Positions 9,825 to 19,671 of a DNA stretch of 58,459 nt are shown piece after piece. The notes under the pieces are model-generated. The model was not told the DNA's origin, did no database searches, and was given only the letters and a program-made list of their open reading frames with translations. Position numbers and translations under genes: made by a program. The DNA comes from a virus. Lineage: Duplodnaviria; Caudoviricetes. The stretch spans positions 1-58,459 of IMG/VR virus record IMGVR_UViG_3300021957_000042, one strand, 5' to 3'. The stretch's first letter is position 1. Each line of letters starts with the position of its first letter.

Positions 9825-12497
9825 ATGCAAGAAATTTATAGTGAGAGCCTAGCTAGGCTCTTCTCTGCTGAAAATATCAAAATTGAAATCAAGAATACGC
9901 CAACAGCATACTTCGATATTGAAAAACGAAGAATGACATTTCCAAAATGGATTCTACAGTTACCTGTTGCATCCCGTGAACTGTTGATGCTTCATGAATC
10001 TTCACATGCTCTACACACACCCGAATTTGGTACTCACGAAAAAGCTAAAGACAACCCAATGGTCTTCAAGAATATTTTAAACATCCTTGAAGATAAAAGA
10101 ATCGAAGATGCCATGAAAGATAAATTTCCTGGCTCAAAATCAACATTTATCCGTGGCTTTTATGAGTTAGTAAATCGTAATTTATTTGGTATTGTGTTTG
10201 ATGAAAATACAACAGACATGTGTTTGCTTGATCGTATGAATCTTCATTTCAAGGGTGACTACTATTTCGATTGTGAGTTTTCAGAAGAAGAACAGTATTG
10301 GGTGGACCGTGCTGCAAAAAATAAGACCTTTGAAGAAGTTCAACAAAATGCTATTGAATTATATGAATGGCTTAAAGACAAACATGCCGAAGAACTGATG
10401 AAAGATGTTAGGTATGTACATGGTGAATATGATCCAGATGCTAAACCTGCTGATGAATATGAAGATTATTTTGATGACAGATCAGACATTACGGACATTC
10501 TATCAGATGAGGAAATTGAACAAGCTAAAGAAATGATTGATGATGGTCAAGAAGAAGAACTTAGAAAGTTTTTAAAGAATAAAATTGAAGAAAATCCAGG
10601 TAGCTTTGAAGATCAAGAATCATCAATGACCGACAATCATTGGGAACGAAATCAAGAACAAATGATGTCAGAAAATAAGCATACTTCAAATCCTGTCAAT
10701 GCTTCATTTCCTAAGCATTTAAAAACTGAAGATTTTATTATCGACAATAAAATGTGTATTTCGGTTTTATCAAAGAATATGCAAAGTATGTCGCCTCATC
10801 AAAGAAGTCTATATGATTTGTTTATGAGTGAATATAAAAAAGAAACGGCTCCAATACAGTCACATATGGTAAGAGAATTCTATCGTATGAAAGCGGCTGA
10901 AGATTATCGCAGAACTCAAGAGTCAAAGACAGGTAATTTAGACCTACATAAATTGGCACATTATAAGTACACTTCGGATGTATTTTTAAATAAGTCAATT
11001 ATAAAAGATGAAAAAAATCATGGCTTTGTTTTGTTACTTGATTGGTCTGGCTCAATGAGCGGAATTATGACAAATGCAATTCTGCAATTGATCAATAATG
11101 TAATGTTCTGCCGAAGTATTCAAGTGCCATTTGTTGCTTATGCATTCACAACGGATGGTGGAAACTGTTGTGATTATCCAATCAATGTAGTTACTCACGC
11201 AACAGAGCCTGGTGATTTAAGAATGCCAATTAAATATAAATTATTAAAGTTAGCCGATTCTTCAAGACAAAATTATGATGAGCAGTTAAGAACGTTGTTC
11301 TATCTTGCTTATTGTTTTCTTGGTACAACACATGCGTACAAAGAAACGGCGTTTGCACGTTATAAAAATAATATTCGTGAAAGACTTGAAAAGGTTTATA
11401 GTCCTGAAGAATATGATGCAAAGCAAAGACAATATGAGGCAGAGACAGAAAACATAGTTGAATTGAGTGATCTATTTGACCTAAGTTCAACGCCACTAAA
11501 TGATTCATTAATTATGATGAACTACCTTTTACCTAAACATCAAAAAGAAATGAATGTTGATGTAATGAATCTAATTGTAATTACAGATGGTGACAGTGAT
11601 GGTCTTCAGGGAATTGCAAATAGTTATGTAGACCGCCATGAAATCGTAACACCGGCGTTTACTGATCGTTTGCGAAAAGAAAAACTGATGGCTGAAAATA
11701 ACACTGCATCAGCAAAAGACGAATTTAGTCTTTTTGAAGACCGGTACTTTGACCGTCATGATACATGGAAAAATGATAGTGGTTCAGATACCGGACCTGT
11801 TTCAGAAACAGATGCCGGTGGATTTCATCGTCTATATGAAAAGAATGGCTGTTACAATCATACCGGCAATCCAAATGTTAATGACCGAGACCTATTTGTT
11901 CGTGGTCTACATAAGTCAACAACATACCGAGTTTATCCAAGAGGGTATGATACTTCAATTTCAAATTATAATCGTGCGAGAACAAGAGAATGGGCTCGAA
12001 TCTTAAAAGCGGAAACTGGTGCAAACGTTGTTTGTATTGAACTAGTCAATCATACAAGAAATTCATTCAAGTATGATGCACCTAAAAATTATGGAGACTT
12101 TACTTTTGAAGAAGTCGAAAAAATGCTCAAAGATTTTCGAACACATGGCTTTATTGCAATTGATAAGAATACTGGTTATGATAAAATTTTTGTAGTGAAC
12201 ATTCAATCAATTGGCAATCCTAAGTATAATTCTTACAATTATTTCTATCTTCCTGATGATGAATCATTATTTAGATCTGAAGATGTTGACCATCTTGTAG
12301 GAGTTGAACAATCTGAAAAAACCGGCAAGTTTACTTCGAAATCATTAGCGAATGCTTTGAGTAAAAACGCATCAGTAAAGAATAAAAGAAAGTTTCTTGC
12401 TACTCGTATTGTTGAACTGGTCTCAGAGCAGCAATACGTTAAGAAAGAAAAATTCGATTTAGTAAAAAAATATGTTGACAATTTAGAAGAAGTGTGA
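9825..12497 (+). CDS. CobT-like protein: HExxH metallopeptidase-like N-domain plus vWA (MIDAS) domain
   Basis: LMLHESSHAL, NILEDKRIE, LLLDWSGSM MIDAS, STPLND, ITDGD; adjacent to the MoxR-type ATPase. Confidence 0.85.
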   Translation: MQEIYSESLARLFSAENIKIEIKNTPTAYFDIEKRRMTFPKWILQLPVASRELLMLHESSHALHTPEFGTHEKAKDNPMVFKNILNILEDKRIEDAMKDKFPGSKSTFIRGFYELVNRNLFGIVFDENTTDMCLLDRMNLHFKGDYYFDCEFSEEEQYWVDRAAKNKTFEEVQQNAIELYEWLKDKHAEELMKDVRYVHGEYDPDAKPADEYEDYFDDRSDITDILSDEEIEQAKEMIDDGQEEELRKFLKNKIEENPGSFEDQESSMTDNHWERNQEQMMSENKHTSNPVNASFPKHLKTEDFIIDNKMCISVLSKNMQSMSPHQRSLYDLFMSEYKKETAPIQSHMVREFYRMKAAEDYRRTQESKTGNLDLHKLAHYKYTSDVFLNKSIIKDEKNHGFVLLLDWSGSMSGIMTNAILQLINNVMFCRSIQVPFVAYAFTTDGGNCCDYPINVVTHATEPGDLRMPIKYKLLKLADSSRQNYDEQLRTLFYLAYCFLGTTHAYKETAFARYKNNIRERLEKVYSPEEYDAKQRQYEAETENIVELSDLFDLSSTPLNDSLIMMNYLLPKHQKEMNVDVMNLIVITDGDSDGLQGIANSYVDRHEIVTPAFTDRLRKEKLMAENNTASAKDEFSLFEDRYFDRHDTWKNDSGSDTGPVSETDAGGFHRLYEKNGCYNHTGNPNVNDRDLFVRGLHKSTTYRVYPRGYDTSISNYNRARTREWARILKAETGANVVCIELVNHTRNSFKYDAPKNYGDFTFEEVEKMLKDFRTHGFIAIDKNTGYDKIFVVNIQSIGNPKYNSYNYFYLPDDESLFRSEDVDHLVGVEQSEKTGKFTSKSLANALSKNASVKNKRKFLATRIVELVSEQQYVKKEKFDLVKKYVDNLEEV

Positions 12498-12503
12498 TAT
12501 AAT
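12475..12503 (+). promoter_or_regulatory. sigma70-type promoter
   Basis: TTGACA(12475)-17 nt-TATAAT(12498). Confidence 0.75.
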
Positions 12504-12548
12504 ACATCAGACCACTCTATCTTTTATTATCCAACAAAGGAGTCCTAT

Positions 12549-14027
12549 ATGATGAACCGAATTGAACAACTTCGTGAAGTGATTGACAAAACTACTGTAA
12601 CTCGTAAAGAGATTGCCGAAGCCGCAGAAAAGCTTGGATTTCCATGCAATACAAAACTTTTGAAACAACTTCAAAAAGTTTCTCATGGCGTATATAATCT
12701 TGAACTTGCATCCAAAAATGAAGATAATGTTGTGACATTTAAACCTAAGAAAACACAATCAGTGGTTGAACTAACAAAAGGTTATATACCTGAACGTGAT
12801 ATATGTTTTGTGCCGTTTGGTGATTTCGGTGTAATTGATGCTGTAGTCAAATCAAAGAAGTTCATGCCTGTTGTAATTACTGGTGATTCTGGTAATGGTA
12901 AAACAAAGATGGTAGAGCAGGCTTGTGCAAAAAACAAGCGTAATTTCTATCGTATGAATATTACGGTTGAGACCGATGAAATGGATATTCTCGGTCACTA
13001 TAATCTGATCAACGGTGAAACAATTTGGGAAGATTCACCTCTTGTAGAAGCAGCAAAAACTGGTGGTGTTGTATTGCTTGATGAAATCTTTGCAGGAAAT
13101 CCAGCCAGAATGCTTGCTCTTCAAGGCATCCTCGAAGGTAAACCATTCTTAGTTAAAAAGACTGGTGAACGAATCATACCTGTTGAAGGCTTCAATATCA
13201 TTGCAACTGATAATACAAAAGGTAATGGTTCAGATACTGGACGTTATATTGGCACAAACATTCAGAACACTGCATTCCTTGAGCGTTTTGTAATGTGCAT
13301 TGAGCATGATTATCCGTCAAAGTCAAAAGAAACACGAATGCTTGAGAAATATATTGAAGCAAAATCAATTCCAGTTGACGATGCTTTGTTTCCTGAGAAG
13401 CTTTGTCAGTGGGCAGAAGTAACCAGAAAGTCCTATAAAGATGAGGCAATTGATGAAATGATCACAACTCGTCGACTGTTTCATATACTCGATATTTATT
13501 CTGTTTTGAAAGATAAAGAAAAAGCAATTTTATACGCAATTGCTCGTTTTGATGATGAAGTTCGTGATGCATTTATCTCACTTTACAAGAAAATTGATGA
13601 TACTATTTTCGATGATAATCATGAACCAATTGATCCAAATAACATGATGTCTACTGAAGATATTATTCAACTTGCCTGGGATGAATTTTCAGACCACTTT
13701 AATCAAGTTTCAATAAGTGAAAGTAAAACTAAGTTGTCGGATCAATTATCAAACAAGGCGTTAGAATATGCATTTCGTGCAATGCAACTTGAAGAGACAA
13801 AGACCTATATTAAACAAACGTATGATCGAACAGATCCTAAAGATGTAGCTAATGGTAAAGAATATTTTAAAATGTTATTCAACTTTATCATTGAAGGATT
13901 CTATGATCATACCGGAGAAGATCATCCTTATTTCAGAAAGAGTAGAACAAATTGGTCTGCCGTTGAAAATCCAGAAGGATTTTATGCAGATGTTGTTTTG
14001 AAAATAAGAGAAGAAATTATTTATTAA
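12549..14027 (+). CDS. cobS: CobS-like MoxR-family AAA+ ATPase
   Basis: ITGDSGNGKT, RMNITVETDE, LLDE, NTKGNGSDTGRYIGTN, AFLERF, TTRRL as in T4-like phage CobS. Confidence 0.88.
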   Translation: MMNRIEQLREVIDKTTVTRKEIAEAAEKLGFPCNTKLLKQLQKVSHGVYNLELASKNEDNVVTFKPKKTQSVVELTKGYIPERDICFVPFGDFGVIDAVVKSKKFMPVVITGDSGNGKTKMVEQACAKNKRNFYRMNITVETDEMDILGHYNLINGETIWEDSPLVEAAKTGGVVLLDEIFAGNPARMLALQGILEGKPFLVKKTGERIIPVEGFNIIATDNTKGNGSDTGRYIGTNIQNTAFLERFVMCIEHDYPSKSKETRMLEKYIEAKSIPVDDALFPEKLCQWAEVTRKSYKDEAIDEMITTRRLFHILDIYSVLKDKEKAILYAIARFDDEVRDAFISLYKKIDDTIFDDNHEPIDPNNMMSTEDIIQLAWDEFSDHFNQVSISESKTKLSDQLSNKALEYAFRAMQLEETKTYIKQTYDRTDPKDVANGKEYFKMLFNFIIEGFYDHTGEDHPYFRKSRTNWSAVENPEGFYADVVLKIREEIIY

Positions 14028-14042
14028 TAAGTTTTAAACTCA

Positions 14043-14079
14043 CTAAATAGTAGAGAATTGAGATGATTCTCTACTATTT
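14043..14079 (+). promoter_or_regulatory. Late-type motif CTAAATA overlapping a 14-bp inverted repeat
   Basis: aaatagtagagaat...attctctactattt. Confidence 0.5.
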
Positions 14080-14105
14080 TAATTATTAATTTTTATGGAG
14101 TTTTT

Positions 14106-15062
14106 ATGGCTGAAGAACAAACACAACCAGCAGTACAAGATGTTGGTGATGAGCAACCTCAAGATACTGGAATGAAACAGCAACTTGAACCAAAAGACTT
14201 TGAAGGTAAAAGTCTAATGGTTTGTATGCCATGTTATGGTGGACAGATGATTGCTGAAACTGCATCCAGATTAATTGACTTAAATACATTGTGTTCTTAC
14301 TTTGGTATTAAACTACAATGTAAGTTTATTATGAATGAAAGTTTAATTCAAAGAGCAAGAAACTATCTAACACATTATTTTGAAGTATCAGATTTCACTC
14401 ATATGATCTTTATTGATGCTGATGTTGTTTTTGATCCTCGTGACGTATTGCATCTACTTCACCTTTCTGATGAAGAACATGAAATCATTGGTGGTCTATA
14501 TCCTAAAAAACATATTCTCTGGCCAAGAGTAAATAAAGCCGCAAGCATTGATGGATTCTTAGATGATCCAAATAAACTTGCTGATTTTGGTGGTGACTTT
14601 GTTTTCAATCCTGTTAATCGTGGTGAAATCGAAATCTTCAAACCAGTTGAAGTTCTTGAAATTGGAACTGGTTTCATGATGATTCGAAAGTCCGCACTTG
14701 AAAGATATAAAACAGAATTCCCACATTATGAATATAAGCCAGATCATAATCACTCAGCCGATTTCAATGGTTCAAAACTCATTACTGCTTATTTTCATTG
14801 TGACTTTGACCGACCAGATACAACAGGTGGTGAAACAAATCGTCTACTATCCGAAGATTACTTCTTCTGTCAAATGTCTCGAAAAGTTGGCACTAAGATT
14901 TGGGCATGTCCTTGGATGCAATTGAGTCATGTAGGCACCTATGTCTATCGTGGTTCTGTTCAAGCACTCGCCGCAATGGAACATGTGTTGTCTACACAAA
15001 CAACACAAAGTGTTCCTTCAATTGATGTAGGACCTCCACCTCCTGCTGCTGAGGCTGCATAA
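14106..15062 (+). CDS. Glycosyltransferase-like protein (GT-A fold)
   Basis: MPCYGG, ESLIQRARN, FIDAD (DxD), GTGFMMI, LSEDYFFC. Confidence 0.75.
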   Translation: MAEEQTQPAVQDVGDEQPQDTGMKQQLEPKDFEGKSLMVCMPCYGGQMIAETASRLIDLNTLCSYFGIKLQCKFIMNESLIQRARNYLTHYFEVSDFTHMIFIDADVVFDPRDVLHLLHLSDEEHEIIGGLYPKKHILWPRVNKAASIDGFLDDPNKLADFGGDFVFNPVNRGEIEIFKPVEVLEIGTGFMMIRKSALERYKTEFPHYEYKPDHNHSADFNGSKLITAYFHCDFDRPDTTGGETNRLLSEDYFFCQMSRKVGTKIWACPWMQLSHVGTYVYRGSVQALAAMEHVLSTQTTQSVPSIDVGPPPPAAEAA

Positions 15063-15067
15063 AAGCC

Positions 15068-15096
15068 TTGACATTGATTTAATATTATGTTATAAT
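15068..15096 (+). promoter_or_regulatory. sigma70-type promoter upstream of gp45
   Basis: TTGACA(15068)-17 nt-TATAAT(15091). Confidence 0.75.
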
Positions 15097-15098
15097 AC

Positions 15099-15125
15099 AG
15101 GGCGCCTTTGCGCCCTTTTATTTTT
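15099..15125 (+). terminator. Intrinsic terminator-like hairpin
   Basis: agggcgc-cttt-gcgccct followed by T-run. Confidence 0.6.
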
Positions 15126-15154
15126 TGATCATTATTATATACGAGGTGATTATT

Positions 15155-15835
15155 ATGGAATTATCAAAAGTTGATTTACATCTACTCTCAAACTTCTCTT
15201 CAATCAATCAATCAATATCCTTTAAAGAAGGTGTAACACAAAGAACAAAGGCAGATTCTGGCAATGTGTTTGCCATTGCCGAATTCAATCTCGATTTACC
15301 TAGAGAGTTTTGCATTTTTGATTTAAATCATTTTATCAATGTGTTCAGCCTTGTTCAATCAACTGGCGATGCTGAACTATATTTTCCTAAAGATGAAGAA
15401 CATTTGATTATTCGTTCTGACAAAACTGAGCAAGGTATTCGTTTTGCTGATCCTGAAATCATTGCAGAATTTGATGATACAAAAGATTATAACATTCGTA
15501 AACCAGATGCAGAATTTGTATTGACTGAAGATATGCTTGCATATGGTATTAAAGCTACCAATGTAAACGGCTATCAGCATCTAGCATTTGTTGGAGATGA
15601 AAAAGAAATCTATATGGTTTCAAATGATTTTTCAAACCCAAGTGCTGAGAAACATAGTAGAAAACTTGACCAAAAAAATAATAGTGAACCATTTGAAGCA
15701 ATCTTTGATATTGCTAAATTAAAAATGATTCCCGATGATTATACAGTAAAGATTAATTTAAAAGGCGGTGCTCAGTTTACATCAAAGAACCGTTCTTATG
15801 ATTTCTTTTCCGTAATTGAAAACCCAAATAGGTAA
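15155..15835 (+). CDS. gp45: DNA polymerase sliding clamp gp45
   Basis: MELS..LLSNFSSINQSI.FKEG, FCIFDLNHFI, LKMIPDDYTVKI; start chosen at the ATG after the GAGGTG RBS. Confidence 0.9.
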   Translation: MELSKVDLHLLSNFSSINQSISFKEGVTQRTKADSGNVFAIAEFNLDLPREFCIFDLNHFINVFSLVQSTGDAELYFPKDEEHLIIRSDKTEQGIRFADPEIIAEFDDTKDYNIRKPDAEFVLTEDMLAYGIKATNVNGYQHLAFVGDEKEIYMVSNDFSNPSAEKHSRKLDQKNNSEPFEAIFDIAKLKMIPDDYTVKINLKGGAQFTSKNRSYDFFSVIENPNR

Positions 15836-15839
15836 TATA

Positions 15840-16145
15840 ATGAAAGTATATTCTATGAAAATGATCACTGGTGAAGAGGTACTCGCTAGAGTAGGTCTTG
15901 ATGATGTAGAGTTTTGGCAATCACAAAGCAAACTAAGTTTGTCTAATCCATCTGTTTTTGTTCAATCACCTCAAGGTGTTGCCTTAATGCCCTGGATAAA
16001 TACTGGTGATAAAGATTCAGTAATCACTGTTGAAACAAGTAAAATTGTGGCAATGGTAAAACCAAACAAGGAAGTTGAAAGTGCTTATTTAGGAGCAGTT
16101 ACAGGTATCGATGTTAGCGCAGAGCAATCACAAATTATACTCTAA
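15840..16145 (+). CDS. Conserved T4-like hypothetical protein (Sm-like fold)
   Basis: KMITGEEVLA, NP, LMPW pattern. Confidence 0.6.
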   Translation: MKVYSMKMITGEEVLARVGLDDVEFWQSQSKLSLSNPSVFVQSPQGVALMPWINTGDKDSVITVETSKIVAMVKPNKEVESAYLGAVTGIDVSAEQSQIIL

Positions 16146-16707
16146 GATTTTAATTGGTATTTCAGCACTTTTATTAATGGGTGCTGAACGTGATCCTTTT
16201 AACATGTATTCAAATAGTTCATATTTTAAATATCATGTAAAGAAGTGTGTAAGTAAAGCAAAGACTGATGGTTATCTTGAATACATTATACCAGAACTTT
16301 ATAAAAATAAATTGCCTTATGAACTGGCATATTTGCCGATCATTGAAAGTTGTTTTGAACCTACTGCGGTTTCAATAAAAGGAGCCAAAGGTCTTTGGCA
16401 AATAAATGATTTGACTGCAAAGCATTTAGGTATGGAAACTCGTATCTTAATTGATGAAAGATATGATTGGCGAAAGTCAACACATGCCGCAATAAATTAT
16501 TTAAAGTTTTTGAAAGCAAGATTTCCATCCTGGATACAAGTTCTTGCCGCCTACAATGTAGGTCCAACTTATATCCGTGATCAAATGAGAGAAAAAAATT
16601 CTGATAAACTTGGTGATTTAAAACTACCAAGAGAAACAGTAAAGTATATTAATCAGTTTGTTGCAATGATTGATATCTTGCGGAATATTAATCGTAATAA
16701 AATATAA
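16111..16707 (+). CDS. Lytic transglycosylase (SLT, MltD-like)
   Basis: IIES catalytic Glu, GAKGLWQI, DERYDWRKSTHAA, LAAYNVGP, LPRET; hydrophobic N-terminus. Confidence 0.88.
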   Translation: MLAQSNHKLYSKILIGISALLLMGAERDPFNMYSNSSYFKYHVKKCVSKAKTDGYLEYIIPELYKNKLPYELAYLPIIESCFEPTAVSIKGAKGLWQINDLTAKHLGMETRILIDERYDWRKSTHAAINYLKFLKARFPSWIQVLAAYNVGPTYIRDQMREKNSDKLGDLKLPRETVKYINQFVAMIDILRNINRNKI

Positions 16708-16717
16708 TGGAGTGAAA

Positions 16718-16996
16718 ATGTCAGAAGAAATTGAAGCAAGTGTGCTACCTTCATTGGAAGAAGACCGTGAGCAAATTCAAAAAGTGATTCGAGAAATTTC
16801 AAATTGTAAAACAAGAATCGAAGGCGAAAATGAATACATCAAGGATGCCTTGTCTGATTTGTCGAAGCAATTTAAAATTCCGAAAGCAAGTTTGGTTAAA
16901 CTTGCTAACATCTACCACAAAAGAAATAGTGCTGAAGAAAGAGCAAAGTCAGAAGAAGTTTTCAATATGTATGATGTAATCTTCAAAACTTCTTGA
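16718..16996 (+). CDS. dsbA: T4 DsbA-like dsDNA-binding protein
   Basis: IREIS..KTRIEGE.EYIKD...KLANIYHK pattern and size. Confidence 0.7.
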   Translation: MSEEIEASVLPSLEEDREQIQKVIREISNCKTRIEGENEYIKDALSDLSKQFKIPKASLVKLANIYHKRNSAEERAKSEEVFNMYDVIFKTS

Positions 16997-17021
16997 TTTT
17001 AATTTATAAACATGTTATAAT
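16993..17021 (+). promoter_or_regulatory. sigma70-type promoter
   Basis: TTGATT-17 nt-TATAAT with extended TG. Confidence 0.55.
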
Positions 17022-17036
17022 GAAAGGAGTCTGCCT

Positions 17037-17237
17037 ATGAAAGGTGGTTCTGCTGCAAAAAGATTTCGTCAGAAGTCTGCTGTGAAACGTCTTGAGAATA
17101 ACATCAAGGAATATACTGACTTGATTTCAAAGACAAAAGATGAAGATGAATTAAAAAAATTTGGCGATAAGGTCAAAAAGCATACACTCACTATTGAGAA
17201 TACAAACAAAAAGATAAGTGAGAAGAAAGCCTATTGA
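17037..17237 (+). CDS. hypothetical basic protein
   Basis: AAGGAG RBS. Confidence 0.65.
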   Translation: MKGGSAAKRFRQKSAVKRLENNIKEYTDLISKTKDEDELKKFGDKVKKHTLTIENTNKKISEKKAY

Positions 17238-17264
17238 TTAACATTTTTATTATGAGGTTATATT

Positions 17265-18206
17265 ATGAGATTCGAATTTCTATGGTCACAAAAATACCGA
17301 CCTGAAACTGTGAACGACCTTGTCTTGCCTGAAGATATCAAAGAAACTCTCAGCGGTTTCATTCAGCAAGGCGACTTGACAAACTTCCTATTTCATTCTC
17401 AATCTGGCGGTACAGGTAAAACCAGTGCTGCTCTCGCCATTGCAAATGAACTAAAACTTGAAGTGATGATGATCAATGCTTCAGAAGAGAGAAGCATTGA
17501 TGTTATCCGTACCAAGATGGCAGATTTCTCTTCTACAAAATCGTTTGATGGTCGCAGAAAGATGATGATTCTTGATGAGGCCGACCATCTTCCTGACCTT
17601 AGTCAAAATGCCTTACGAAACTTTTTTGAAAAGTATTCTTCAAATTGTTGTTTCGTGATGACCGCAAATCAAGCACAAAGAATCATTCCTCCTTTGCAAT
17701 CAAGATGTGCTGTAATTCATTTCAATTTTCCTAAAGAACAAAGACCTGCATTAGCAAAAACGTTCTTCAAGAGAATTTGTGATATTCTTGAAAAAGAAAA
17801 TATATCATATGATAAGAAATTAGTTCAGCATGTTGTGATGCATTTCTTTCCTGATTTTCGCCGATGTATTAATGAGATTCAAAGATATAGTGCAACAGGC
17901 ACATTATCAGAAAAGATTTTGACTTCAATTGAAAATGAAAACATCACCGTCTTGATGACAGCAATCAAAGAAAAGAAGTTTCAAGATATACGAAAATTTG
18001 TTCTTGAAAAGTGGCATGGTACAGAACAGGAATTATATCGTGCAGTCTATGATGAATTGTTGAGAACCGCATCGGCATCTTGTTTGCCAGAGGCAATTTT
18101 AATTCTTTCGAGATATGGCTTTGAATCGACATTTGCAGTTGATAAAGAAATTCATTCAGTTGCCTGTATGATTGAATTGATGATGTTACCTTGTGAATTT
18201 GAGTGA
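17265..18206 (+). CDS. gp44: Clamp loader ATPase subunit gp44
   Basis: LWSQKYRP, GTGKT, INASEE, ILDEAD, PLQSRC, FPDFRR. Confidence 0.95.
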   Translation: MRFEFLWSQKYRPETVNDLVLPEDIKETLSGFIQQGDLTNFLFHSQSGGTGKTSAALAIANELKLEVMMINASEERSIDVIRTKMADFSSTKSFDGRRKMMILDEADHLPDLSQNALRNFFEKYSSNCCFVMTANQAQRIIPPLQSRCAVIHFNFPKEQRPALAKTFFKRICDILEKENISYDKKLVQHVVMHFFPDFRRCINEIQRYSATGTLSEKILTSIENENITVLMTAIKEKKFQDIRKFVLEKWHGTEQELYRAVYDELLRTASASCLPEAILILSRYGFESTFAVDKEIHSVACMIELMMLPCEFE

Positions 18207-18213
18207 GGTAACT

Positions 18214-18648
18214 ATGACAAACTTTTTTGGCTTTGAGGAAAAAGAAGAAGAAATAATTGAACCATACAAAAGGACTAAGCTAGGCCCGTTTGATTATGTG
18301 AAATCAATATGTAATAAAACAGAATATCTAGGAGAAAGGCTTGAGGATTATCCACCGTTTATTGTGAATCGTGCCATGGCGAGTTATGTTGATTGTGTAT
18401 TATACGCAAAAGAATTGAATATGTATCCATCGTTTCACTCCCGAATGGACTATGATTTCTATTATTATGCCATCAGTAAGAAAAAAAGATTTGCACAATG
18501 GTATAAGAATAATGACGAGGTGATTCAAAATCTTATTGATTATTTTAAAATATCAAGAAAAAAGGCAAGTGAAGTAATTGATATTTTAACAGAAGAAGAT
18601 CTAAAAAAGATAAAGAATTCGCTAACTTATGGAATTGTAGAAAAATGA
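18214..18648 (+). CDS. gp62: Clamp loader small subunit gp62
   Basis: PFDYVKSI, YPPFIVNRAM, KKKRFAQW; between gp44 and regA. Confidence 0.9.
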   Translation: MTNFFGFEEKEEEIIEPYKRTKLGPFDYVKSICNKTEYLGERLEDYPPFIVNRAMASYVDCVLYAKELNMYPSFHSRMDYDFYYYAISKKKRFAQWYKNNDEVIQNLIDYFKISRKKASEVIDILTEEDLKKIKNSLTYGIVEK

Positions 18649-18719
18649 AAAAATATAAATATGTATAATCTATTATATGATTTTTTCGTTTTTATATTTA
18701 AATTTAATGGGAGATTTTT

Positions 18720-19136
18720 ATGACTGTTGAAATGGTGGAAGATTTGTTTCGAGGCGTGGGTGCGGAAGTCACTTTGAAAAGCCAAGATGATTTTTTAAAA
18801 GTCCGGGAAACTTTAACTCGTATCGGTATTGCTTCAAAGAAAGAACGTAAACTTTATCAATCATGTCACATATTACATAAACGTGGTAGATATGTGATTC
18901 TTTCTTTCAAGGAACTTTTCAAACTTGACGGAAAAGAAAGTAACTTTACTGAATCTGATCTGGCACGAAGAAATACTATTGCTAAACTCCTACATGACTG
19001 GGGACTTGTTAATTTAATTGATATAAGTAAAGTAGAAGATCCTACTATTCCTATTTCACAGATTAAAATTATTCCGCATAAGGAACGAACTCAGTGGGAA
19101 TTAATAGCTAAATACCAAGTAGGCTCAAAAAATTAA
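18720..19136 (+). CDS. regA: Translational repressor RegA
   Basis: DDFLKVRETLTRIGIAS, LYQSCHILHKRGRY, RRNTIAKLLHDWGL. Confidence 0.96.
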   Translation: MTVEMVEDLFRGVGAEVTLKSQDDFLKVRETLTRIGIASKKERKLYQSCHILHKRGRYVILSFKELFKLDGKESNFTESDLARRNTIAKLLHDWGLVNLIDISKVEDPTIPISQIKIIPHKERTQWELIAKYQVGSKN

Positions 19137-19155
19137 TTAAATAAAAAAAGTTTAG

Positions 19156-19656
19156 ATGGACTTTAATACATTTTCTGAACGCATTGAAATATATGCAAGG
19201 TTTATAAATAAACTTAAATATTATGAAAATATATTATTACAACCAACAACTGTACTGAATGCAACTAAAATTGCAGCCGCCGAAGTATATGTAACAACAT
19301 ACACACCTTGGTCAGTTCAGTGTAACGTATCAACGTTTAAATTAAAAGATGCATTTGTTGAAAGACATGACAAGGCTTTAGATTTAATAGATGAATTGAT
19401 TGGAAATGGATACAATCCTACTGATGCAACTAAACTTACGGATTTGAAAGATGTGAGATACAATAAGTTACTTGTTGTTGAAGCAGAGCAAATCTTTAAG
19501 ATGTATTACATTATGGATTATTATCGACGGATGTGTGACGAAACACATCCTGATAGTTGGTTAAATGATTTGAATTTATTTCAAACAATTAATGACGTAT
19601 CTTATTCAAATTTAAAGACGGATACTACCAAATTTTTTAGTAATCTATTAATATAA
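19156..19656 (+). CDS. hypothetical protein
   Basis: 166-aa ORF. Confidence 0.7.
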   Translation: MDFNTFSERIEIYARFINKLKYYENILLQPTTVLNATKIAAAEVYVTTYTPWSVQCNVSTFKLKDAFVERHDKALDLIDELIGNGYNPTDATKLTDLKDVRYNKLLVVEAEQIFKMYYIMDYYRRMCDETHPDSWLNDLNLFQTINDVSYSNLKTDTTKFFSNLLI

Positions 19657-19671
19657 TATAAAGGTAAAAAC

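Noticed and set aside
9825-14027. Cobalamin biosynthesis (true cobaltochelatase)
   Set aside because: No cobN or other cob genes are present; the pair is better described as a MoxR ATPase with a vWA partner
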